The notes beneath the pieces are model-generated. The model did not search any database, was not told the origin of the DNA, and saw only the letters and a program-made list of their open reading frames with translations. DNA of 26,919 nucleotides from NCBI GenBank assembly GCA_030141605.1, contig JAQGDQ010001748.1, positions 1-26,919 on the forward strand, read 5' to 3'. Below are positions 11,601 through 23,600 of this stretch, one piece after another (within the stretch, counting starts at the first letter, position 1; every line of letters starts with the position of its first letter). The stretch is from Tubiluchus corallicola. Taxonomy: Eukaryota > Animalia > Priapulida. The translations under genes were made by a program, and so were the position numbers.

Positions 11601-14600
11601 AAAACTGCTCAAGGTACAGTACTTTAGAGACGACATTGTACAGATCAGCATAGCGTGCATACTAAATGTCTTAAATACTTTAAAAAAATTATCAGCAGTT
11701 GCAAAATGAAGCACATTTTATGCTTCCATTGAATCCCAATGTATCCCGTGGGATAGAGGCTATATTTAGCACGCGGGCACATGTAGAAAAAATAATTATT
11801 ATGTGTAAACAAGATGGACATACTGAACAAAAGTACCAAGCCAATTTTTTTTCTTATTACAAAAATAATTTGGGACTGAAAGGGTTAACAGGTCATTTTA
11901 GAAAGGAAGCCAAGGATTGTGAAAAACTTTTTTAACGATATCACTCATATCAGCGATGACAAAAAACGTTGACTTGTTTACTGGTTGTTGTAGCACATCT
12001 AAGAACTGACACGCCCATTTATTAAAGGAAAAGTCAACCCAAAAACAACATTCATTTCATTTTGATACACAATTAAATGTTTGAAATTAATAAACAATAC
12101 AGGCGTAATCATTAAGAAAGTGAAAGAAATGTAGATCATCTCTTCGGCCAAATAAATCTTTTTACGTTTTACGTAAGCTGGCGAACGGCACGAATGTACA
12201 CATAACAAAGTTTCCTCAGTTCATTCGGCAATTCCACTATTCTAGCTGACCAAACATCTGTGTTTAACTGCGTCTACGTAAAAATTATTCATCGGATTAT
12301 CAACAACTTTAATATGTTTACATAACTTTAATCTACAAAGTAATCTCCTCATCTCCTAAGTAATTGTTGCTCTTTCTCATACTTAAATTTTCTCATAAAT
12401 TTTTCTATATTGCACTTTTTTGATACTTATTTTTTCTTTCCATACTCTCAGTTTTTTAATTTTACTCACTAACGTTGGTCAAATTCCCCTGTTAATAAGA
12501 CCCCATTTGAAACTGCTACATATGATAACCCTAATTACTGAATAATTGTATTGTTTTGTTTAGATTTTGGTATCCAACTTTATTATTATTATTTTTTGTT
12601 TTCAGTTCTTTTTGGATAATTTGTATCATTTATACTGTTTTTACAGTATTTTTTCCTTACTTGTTTTTGTTTTTATTATCTGCAGCATCACCGTTAATTT
12701 TTAATAGACTAATCTATTTATAAGAAAGGGCAGGAGACTAGATGACCCTATGGTCCTTCCCTGCCCTGCTCCATGATTATAATTACTTAATATTTAAAAA
12801 ACTTTTGATATTAAACTAATTGGAGAAAATAAATGTTCTATGTCTATGTCAAAATGTATAAGTGCTGTTGATAATCAGATTACAGATTGTTGGCTGAATT
12901 TCAGACAAGCCCGGGAGCTGGTGTTGGACGGGTTTCTTAACTCAGAGTTCAGATTTAGCTTGTTAAATAATTATTCTGTCGTTTTGTCGGGGTTAACTAA
13001 CTCAGTTTTGTGATTAACCTGTACTATTGTCCATACCTGTTTTCCTTTACATTCAAGGCAACGAGATTCATCAATAGGCAATTAGGGCAGGGGTGTGCAA
13101 ATTGCGGCCCGCCGAGAGAATTTGTGCGGCCCGCGAAAAGATTTGTCAACCTAATGAAAGTGCGGCCCGGGCGATTAATTGAGTGTATCCAGCTGCAGTC
13201 GGTGCCAGGATCCCAAAGATAGTGCAGGTAGTTTTTTCTACTAGATCGGATGCCATTAACCCTTACAAGACGGTTGTAGCTTGATGTCATTGTACTACAC
13301 AGACTGTGTGATACGCATTACCAATATGCATTGTAATGAAATTACCACTATCTGTCCTGAAAGTAGAATATGGTTTGTAATATAAATTTTAATAATTTCC
13401 AAAATAGTTCCTTGAGTGTAGTAGTAATGATGTACGCAGGTCGGATGCAAAAAAAATCATTATTAGGCCTTTCTGTACTTGGCTCCTTGATCAAACTGCC
13501 TGTGGCCCGCAGGAATTGCGGGAAAGTTTAATGTGGCCCGGCTAGTCAGATAATTTGCACACCCCTGAATTAGGGTATTAATAATATCTCGTATCAATAT
13601 TTTGGATATTTGTAACTGATCGCGGTTAATGCAGCTGCAAAAAAAGTTCACTCAAGCACCTGGCTGGACGGGTGTTGAATTTGCATTTTAGCCGAAAAAA
13701 ATTTCCGTTCAAAATGAGCGTACCCAAGTGTGAAGTGATGGCGACTTTAAATTGATTCTACTGATTACACAAGGTGCTCATCATAATTTTACTGCTGAAT
13801 TTTTCTAACATTTTTCTCAAATATTAAATTAAGCTGAGTTTTCGGAGAACCCTGGCTTTTCCTTTAAAAAGATAAAACCATAGAAGAATATGAGTACATA
13901 AGTGATAATGTACTTAAACTGTAATAATGTATCTCTGACTGAACACGTCTGCAAAATTTACAGTTACCGATGTTTTGTTTTGCCAATTGGCAATCGACAA
14001 AGTCCGCGGCGGGCCCTAAGCACAATGGACAGCTATTTTACCTATTTTCGATTAATATTAAATGCTGATGCTATTATTAGCTAAAGTACGTACCATTTTC
14101 ACTTTGACTTGTGTACTAAATAAGGTAAAACATTTGGAACAAATTTGCAAAAGGAAAATGATTAACGAGGTCGCAACCAGCACTTCTCTGCAATGGCGCC
14201 AAAATGCGGAAACATTCCGTTTTTCCATTGAACACTTAAGTAACACCAGCGTAAACTTTCTCACCTTAACATCAGTAGTACTTAAGTAACATCAGCATAA
14301 GCTTTCTCACCTTAACATCAGTAGTACTTAAGTAACACCAGCGTAAACTTACTTACCTAAACATCAGTAGTACTTAAGTAACACCAGCGTAAACTTTCTC
14401 ACCTTAACATCAGTAGTACTTAAGTAAGAGAAGCGTAAACTTACTTATCTAAACATCAGTAGTACTTAAGTAAGAGAAGCGTAAACTTACTTACCTAAAC
14501 ATCAGCTGTACTTAAGTAAGACAAGCGTAAACTTACTTACCTAAACATCAGTAGTACTTAAGTAAGAGAAGCGTAAACTTACTTATCTAAACATCAGTAG

Positions 14601-17600
14601 TACTTAAGTAAGAGAAGCGTAAACTTACTTACCTAAACATCAGTAGTACTTAAGTAAGACAAGCGTAAACTTACTCACCTAAACATCAGCTGTACTTAAG
14701 TAAGACCAGCATAAACTTACTCACCTAAACATCAGTAGTACTTAAGTAACACCAGCGTAAACTTACTTATCTAAACATCAGTAGTACTTAAGTAACACCA
14801 GCGTAAACTTACTTACCTAAACATCAGTAGTACTTAAGTAAGACGAGTGTAAACTTACTTATCTAAACATCAGTAGTACTTAAGTAAGAGAAGCGTAAAC
14901 TTACTTATCTAAACATCAGTAGTACTTAAGTAAGAGAAGCGTAAACTTACTTATCTAAACATCAGTAGTACTTAAGTAACACCAGTGTAAACTTACTCAC
15001 CTAAACATCAGTAGTACTTAAGTAACACCAGCGTAAACTTACTTATCTAAACATCAGTAGTACTTAAGTAACACCAGTGTAAACTTACTTATCTAAACAT
15101 CAGTAGTACTTAAGTAAGACGAGTGTAAACTTACTTATCTAAACATCAGTAGTACTTAAGTAACACCAGTGTAAACTTATTTATCTAAACATCAGTAGTA
15201 CTTAAGTAACACCAGCGTAAACTTACTCACCTAAACATCAGTAGTACGTAAGTAAGACCAGCATAAACTTACTTATCTAAACAACAGTAGTACTGAAGTA
15301 AGACAAGCGTAAACTTACTCACCTAAACATCAGTAGTACTTAAGTAAGACAAGCGTAAACTTACTTATCTAAACATCAGTAGTACTTAAGTAAGACAAGC
15401 ATAAACTTACTTATCTAAACATCAGTAGTGCTTAAGTAAGACAAGCATAAACTTACATCCACATCACTGGTCTTTGATGGAGGATGAACAACTGTAGGCA
15501 TCATCTGGTCAAACTTTGCCGTGTCGGCGATAGCCGGTTCTTCTAATTCCTAAATACAAGAAATATCATCAACATGCTGATTTGGGCTGTTTATCTCCTT
15601 CATCAAGGTTATATTCACATCAGAACACGGTTACGACACCTCTGCTGGTTCAGTGTTTCACCGGAGGAGAAAATCTTTAATGAAGAGCTAGGTTCCAGTC
15701 TTGCTGCAAACACTGTCTTGAGTAGGCCCTGCCCTACAGCACGCCAAAGTGGAAAAATCAAGTTAAAAAGAGCTAAAGTTTACAAACCCCACACAGTAGA
15801 AATTAGTTCGTGAAGCAGATTAGGATTAGGGTTAGTCTTACGATTCGGATTCGGATTAGGGTTATAATTAGGATTAAGGTTTAACTTGCACAAAATAACC
15901 ATAAGTTGAACATTTTAATGAAAATGAACAACTTACCCATCCAGTAGCTTGAAACATCTTCAAGTCCAGTGGATCTCCACACAATTCATTGTCTATTATG
16001 GTCAAGGAGTGACACGTGGCCATGGCGGACAACATCGGACCATGAGGCAAAGTCGTACAGTCATGTTGCACCTTGGTGAACCGAGTGTCCAGAACCGGAG
16101 CAATGCCCCACATGTCCAAACCATCCTCGGTCAATGTGCCAGTCTGAAGTAAAGTCAAACTAGACTGTATTTTATTTAAACCAATTACGTTATGGTTAAT
16201 TCAGTGAGAAGAGAAATTGGGTTAACTGTATTAATATTATATAACTGTATTAACTGTAATAATAGATTAAAAACTTAATTAATGGCGAGCCCAACTACAG
16301 ATGACATCACAAACTAACACAATTTTCAACGGCACAAACATTCCATGAGCATGATGCATATGTTTGTCAAAGGGAAAACTGAAGTACAGTGCCCACTGTA
16401 AGATATTCAGGTGTGTTCCACTAAAACTAGGCAATTTTTGAGATATGAATTCATATTTCAAATTTACCGCTGTGTTCACGCACGAGCTGCCGAACGTGTG
16501 CAGTTCATCACAAACTAACACATGTGAACTGAGAGATACAGGTCATGTTTTTGTGAAATGTGTTTCTAAAATGCTAGTGTACGCCTAACTTAACGAATGG
16601 CAAAATGCATGTAACAACGATGAACTAGTGATGCGAATGTGAAATTGTGTTCGTGTGGTAATAATTCTTTCACGTAAACCACTTTTGAAAAAATTGTATG
16701 TTTTCTCTCAATATTTTAAACAGTAGATTGTTTTGACTTACTGTTTAAGATTGGGTCCGGTTTTGCTTTAACTGTATTTTACAGAGTACATATGTAAACA
16801 GTTACAGTTAAGTGGTAACATATTTCTGTCTCACCAGAGTTGCTACTAAAACAAAATTTTCGTTTCAATTTGCCAATAATTTCACTTCTTGTGCAGGTAC
16901 CGTTTATCCAGCTCACGTTTTCTGTTTTACTAGATGTTAAAAACTCCTGAAATCTTGACTAAAATAGGTCAAATAAACCAAAAATATCGTGTAGTCCAGG
17001 GGTGTGCAAATTATCTGACTAGCCGGGCTACATTAAACATTCCCGCAATTCCTGTGGGCCACATGCAGTTTGGTCAAGGAGCCAAGTACAGTAGGACCTA
17101 ATAACGATTTTTTTTGCAACCGATTTGCGCACATCATTACTACTGCACTACTACACTCAAAAAACTATTTTAGAAGTTATTAAAATTTATATTAAAAATC
17201 ATATATTTCGTCATGTCCGACAGTGACATTAAGTGACAATGGTCTTGTAAGGGTTAATGCCATCCTATCTAGACGAAAAAACTACCCGCACTATCTTTGC
17301 GATATTGGTGCTGACTTCAGCTGGATCGCGTGGGCCGCACTTTCATTACGTTGACAAACCTCTTCGCGAACTGTACAAGGTCAGTTAAAGCACGCTCAAT
17401 GTCAAAGCGGTCAGTAAATGGCATTTGTTCCAAGGTACAACCGAACATTTTAAAATTTCTACCGAAACGCTTGGAATTACAACTTACATTAGTGAAAAAG
17501 CAGGAAGTGGAAATAATCGTACCTTGTCGAAGCAAACGGCATTGATAACTCCACAAACGTTGATCTGATTCTGGCTAAGGCAATAAATGTTGCGGTTTTT

Positions 17601-20600
17601 CAGCCGTTGCCGTGCGTACGCTATCCCAATGGTCATGGCAGCTGGCAGTGCGGGTGGCACGGCTATCGTGACTAGATCGAGAGCTCGGATGATCATGTGA
17701 CCCACAGCTTCCCCATCACGAGACTGAAAAGATTAAAAAAACAAAATAAGAAGAAAAACATAATATTTAAGAAGAAAAACTACAAAAATGAATCAGATCA
17801 TTGCCTGCTATTAGTAACTGATTCTCTAGTGGGTAAATATTAAATGTTTACGCGGTTACCATGACGATGAAAGTGTAAATAAGTCCAATCAAGGAACAGC
17901 CGCCCAGTGCCAAGATGAAGTAGTAAGTGTGACGGTTGAACTTGAAGCTCATTGGTTTTGGAAACATGATAGAACGAACCAACTCGCCTTTTGACGTACG
18001 AAATCCTGAAAAGAACAAAAAATAGAATTTCCCACTGGTTAGCAGTCGTGTTTTGATTTTTTCAAAACTCACTTTTTCATCCTTTGTATTTTAGTTCTTT
18101 GTTTTGCATTACTAAATTAGCTTACAGCCTCTCTTTTTTGTGCGTATGAATGTACAATTTAACAATTGTTTAACAATTTAACAATCTTTTAAAGAAAAAC
18201 CGGACAATTGTGTAAACATTAGTTCAGATTGAAGAATGCTCTAAAATATTGAAAACTACAATAGCATTTTTAAATCAAAGCTCGGATTAAATAATACTTG
18301 CCTCGGATACTCAAATTTCGTTAAACTTTCAAACGCTACAGCGCGACTCAGTGAATCCACTAAGATTGGCAGCGTCGCCTTTTTGTTACATTCGCGTGGC
18401 TGGCAAATAGAAAACGGTACCGTGATAACCATGATCATGAAGTGCTGTGTTAGTTTCTGACGTCACATGATGTAAAAGCCCATTTTCGTGACATCATGCG
18501 TTTAAGCAATACTGTAACACCTATGCAAATGTGCTTGACGCGCAAGGGAAGATGCCTGCCATTGCACAAACTAGTTTCTGACGTGAGCAATAGCTGTGTT
18601 CGGCTGCCGTTAGTTAACTTTCTAAGCTAATTATTCAAATATTATCAACAATTGCTAACTTTTATGGCCAAGAAAATGTATACTTTGGACAGTAAATTAA
18701 AATGAGTCTCTGAGTCTAAACAATCGTCTGTTTTTCCTTTAACAATTACGGTATAAGCGTGAACACTACCTAGCTGTTAATATGATGATTTGGCAGAAAA
18801 TACGATAATCAGCATCACCTAAACGAGCAACCCGCCCGAGAATTAGCTACAGAAACATACGACTGCATCCTTGTCAAGTGAAAGATGCTATAATAATTAT
18901 TGTGCTTTACATTTTAAATGAAGAAAATATATGACTGTACCACGAAACTATTGGAATGCACAAAAAATGCTAAAAAACGCGGCCGGGTGAGTGAAGAAAA
19001 AATATCAAAAGGGCGATTAGATGGAAACGGAGGTTTTTTTACTGTCCGCCTAACTGTTATGCAAAATGAAGGTTGGACACAGGAATACTCACCAGTTCTC
19101 ACTACGACAGCGAGGACGCGCTCATTCCCGTAATACCGTGTCTGTATCACCGAGCTTTGGATTCGGCAGCGGTGTCTTTGTGACCGGGACACTTTCACCT
19201 GGACAAACACCAAAAACCAATTTATGAACACAATGTTAAAAAGTAGGATTATAATAATATGCCTAGGTCATGATACAATACATATCATGATACGATACGC
19301 ATCGCGATACACCCGAGTTAAAGTTTGTACGTTTTATAAGAAAAACTAAATAAAATCGTGATTATAAATGCCAAAAATATGTTACCAATCACCAGTTTTA
19401 CAACTGCTAAAATAACTCGCTAAAACGTTAGATATTTCTTGATCGTTCGTTTGTGTAATGTGTAGACTATTGTTTGCATTGTTAACTATATGTTAACAAT
19501 ATTCATGTTAACTACCGTATTTTCCCGTGTATAAGAGACCCTTGTGTATAAGAGACCCCTTCAATTTTTAGGCAAAAATTCTGGAAAAAAGTTTTTTCAG
19601 ACGGACATTTTTAGAGGGTAGAGTACAACTTTTTTCAACTCAGTGCGGTACTGAAAACAAAATAAAACCAGTTAATGTGTTGTAGAAAAAGAGTACTGGT
19701 ATATATTAAAGTGCGTACCTGCAAACCTGTAACAGGAAAAGAGGAAACGAGGAGATAATGCCTGTGTCACGATGCTTGTATTGCTTACAACCGCTTCATA
19801 GTCGAACGCGACACGCAAAACAGTTGTAGAGCACTTATTTCTTTAAAATCATTAGTGTCACAATTTATGCATCTTATTGAAAAGACTTACTCCCATGTAT
19901 AAGAGACCCCCTATTTTTAAAGTGAAAATTCTGAGCAAAAAAGGGTCTCTTATACACGGGAAAATACGGTATATTCACTACAAGCATACTCTTGCTAACT
20001 ATATTCACTACAAAAATACTCTTGTTAACTATGCTTACTCGCTGGCATACTCTTAACTATATTCTCTACAAGCATACTCTTGTTAACTATGCTTACTCGC
20101 TGGCGTACTCTTGTTAACTATATTCACTACAAAAATACTCTTTGTTAACTATGCTTACTCGCTGGCATACTCTTACCTATATTCACTACAAGCATACTCT
20201 TGTTAACTATGCTTACTCGCTGGCGTACTCTTGTTAACTATATTCACTACAAGCATACTCTTGTTAACTATGCTTACTCGCTGGCATACTCTTGTTAACT
20301 ATATTCACTACAAGCATACTCTTGTTAACTATGCTTACTCGCTGGCATACTCTTGTTAACTATATTCACTACAAGCATACTCTTGTTAACTATGCTTACT
20401 CGCTGGCATACTCTTGTTAACTATATTCACTACAAGCATACTCTTGTTAACTATATTCACTACAAGCATACTCTTGTTAACTATGCTTACTCGCTGGCAT
20501 ACTCTTGTTAAAATGCTCATGTTAACTAAGTTCACCTGTTAGCATGCTCTCATTAACTATACAGTTGCCTGAAATCAGGACAGCATCGCACTGCATGTGA

Positions 20601-23600
20601 CAGCCATGTGACGGAATGACTACGACATCACCGGGAACAAGAAGATCAGCTTCTATTGTTTCATATACTATAAACAAACAAACAAACAAACAAAATAACT
20701 CAATTTTGCACAGTAGTTAAAGTACTTAACAGCATCTTTTATCGTACGCTGAATTTTAAATACAAAGCATGCAAAGTTATGCTATGAACAAATACGTTGG
20801 TGATGAGAAAGTTTGACTAGCCTTAATATCAGACAGACTGTAGTTTTGAAAATACGGACCAAATAAGACTTTCTAAGTAACTTTTTCCATACAAAGTTCA
20901 GCCGTAAACGAGGGGCTATTTAATTTAGACCGTCGTGGCGGGCCTGAAACACAAGTCAGTATCAAAAACAGTCGTCCCAGACAAGACAAAAATGAACTGA
21001 TGTGAGTGTCTTAGCCATAGGCACACATGTCGTATACACATTCCCTCGATGAGCTAATTGGCTTTGTACGGCAGATGAACCTGTCACGACACAGTTGCCC
21101 CCAGTGGTTATCCACCAATTCATTGACTACACACAATATTGCTCAACTTCAGTTGCTGTGAGCATTCAGCTCTTTCCCTCATCCTTGGCAATATAGCACC
21201 TGTACGACTTATACAATCGTTCGTGACGAGTCTGATAAGTCTGATAAGAATAAACCCATCCAATTACTGAAGGATGAGGATGCAAACGTACAAGTGAATC
21301 GAAACTTGTCCAAGAAATGTACAACAGTTACCCTGTTTTCCTCGCCAGACGGTGACGATGTCGTGCGCAACCACCTTATTCCTGAGCTCCTGCTGCATTT
21401 TCCGGATAGTGTAGCACGACCAGGACAACGAAATGATCGACACGACCACAATGCATGTAGCGTAATACATGTATTCATCAAAATACCACAATAAACAGCT
21501 GAACACTTGAAAGACGTAGAATGGCGTCAAAACCTGCAATGTTCAAATGGTAATGCATTATCTGCCGCTTAATTAATCCAGCTTGGCATCAAGCTAAATG
21601 GATTTGTTAAACGGGTGGATTTACAAATGTAAGAGAACTATTAAGTAGCATTTTGTATGTTAAAACAGAGCAGAGTGTTTATTTATGAAGCCAATACAGT
21701 CAGCAGCCACTCAGTAAAAGTTTATAAGTGCATTAATTTATTAGGATTCGTTGACTAAAGCAACTCGCCTAAAGTTAGTACGTATTGTTTACTTTCATAT
21801 GTGATAAACTGCTTGCCAAGTTAAAAAAAATACATGTACATCTTTCATAGCCTGTAAATGCTGAATATTTTGCACAGTGAGAAACAGGCTTTCAATCAAT
21901 GGTTAAAAAACATGGGCATCTTTCACAGCCTGTAAATGCTGAATATTTTGCACAGTGAGAAACAAGCTTTCAGTCAATAGTTAAAAAACACGGGTATCTT
22001 TCATAGCCTGTAAATGCTGAATATTTTGCACAGTGAGAAACAGGCTTTCAGTCAGTGGTTAAAAAACACGGGTATCTTTCATAGCCTGTAAATGCTGACT
22101 ATTTTACAAATCTACATATGTCTACAATCCACATAAGTGTGGGCATCCAGGATGAGTGGAGGAAGTCTACAATCCACATAAGTGTGGGCATCCAGGATGA
22201 GTGGAGGAAGTCTACAATCCACATAAGTGTGGGCATACAGGATGAGTGGAGGAAGTCAACAAATCCACATATGTCTACAATCCACATAAGTGTGGGCATC
22301 CAGGATGAGTGAAGCAAGTCTACAAATCCACATATGTCTACAAATCCATATAAGTCTACAATCGACATAAGTGTGGGCATCCAGGAATCAATGACAAATA
22401 ACCCCAAGTGCTACTTTCTATATAAAAAATGTAATGACAGAAGATCCTTAACGTAGCAAGAAATGTTCAGTTCATAAGGTTAACCTTAAATACGGTTTTG
22501 TATAAGTTTTAAAAATTCATTCTTACCTGATAATTGTTAATAAATAGAACCGATTGCATTTAGTAATTTTACGGCAGAATAACTCCCTCACTACCCCTTC
22601 TCCTCCTACACCCCCCGTAATTCATCTTCTGACTTCTCCGCACTCATGCTGCTCTCCCCTTCTCCTACACCCCCTGTAATTCATCTTCTGACTTCTCCGC
22701 ACTCATGCTGCTCTCCCCTTCTCCTACACCCCCTGTAATTCATCTTTTGACTTCTCTGCACTCATGCTGCTCTCCCCTTCTCCTACACCCCCTGTAATTC
22801 ATCTTTTGACTTCTCTGCACTCATGCTGCTCTCCCCTTCTCCTACACCCCCTGTAATTCATCTTTTGACTTCTCTGCACTCATGCTGCTCTCCCCTTCTC
22901 CTACACCCCCTGTAATTCATCTTCTGGCTTCCCTGCACTCATGCTGCTCTCCCCTTCTCCTACACCCCCTGTAATTCATCTTCTGACTTCTCCCCACTCA
23001 TGCTGCTCTCCCCTCCTCCTACACCCCCTGTAATTCATCTTCTGACTTCTCTGCACTCATGCTGCTCTCCCCTTCTCCTACACCCCTGTAATTCATCTTT
23101 TGACTTCTCCGCACTCATGCTGCTCTCCCCTTCTCCTACACCCCCTGTAATTCATCTTCTGACTTCTCCGCACTCATGCTGCACTCCCCTTCTCCGACAC
23201 CCCCTGTAATTCATCTTCTGACTTCTCTGCACTCATGCTGCTCTTCCCTCCTCCTACACCCCCTGTAATTCATCTTCTGACTTCTCTGCACTCATGCTGC
23301 TCTCCCCTTCTCCTACACCCCCTGTAATTCATCTTTTGACTTCTCCGCACTCATGCTGCTCTCCCCTTCTCCTACACCCCCTGTAATTCATCTTCTGACT
23401 TCTCCGCACTCATGCTGCACTCCCCTTCTCCGACACCCCCTGTAATTCATCTTCTGACTTCTCCGCACTCATGCTGCACTCCCCTTCTCCGACACCCCCT
23501 GTAATTCATCTTCTGACTTCTCTGCACTCATGCTGCTCTTCCCTCCTCCTACACCCCCTGTAATTCATCTTCTGACTTCTCCCCACTCATGCTGCTCTCT

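Noticed and set aside
11870-11888. piggyBac-like terminus gggactgaaagggTTAA
   Set aside because: No matching opposite terminus found, so an element cannot be delimited.
13010-13651. ORFs overlapping the hAT MITE as a possible transposase
   Set aside because: Short, no recognisable transposase motifs, and the element is only 480 bp.
12928-13856. Possible older element enclosing the hAT MITE (gggtttcttaactcag ... ctgagttttcggagaaccc)
   Set aside because: The inverted match is weak and gapped, with no target-site duplication.
15819-15885. Telomere or chromosome-healing site
   Set aside because: Only two perfect TTAGGG hexamers in a short degenerate intronic tract between in-phase exons.
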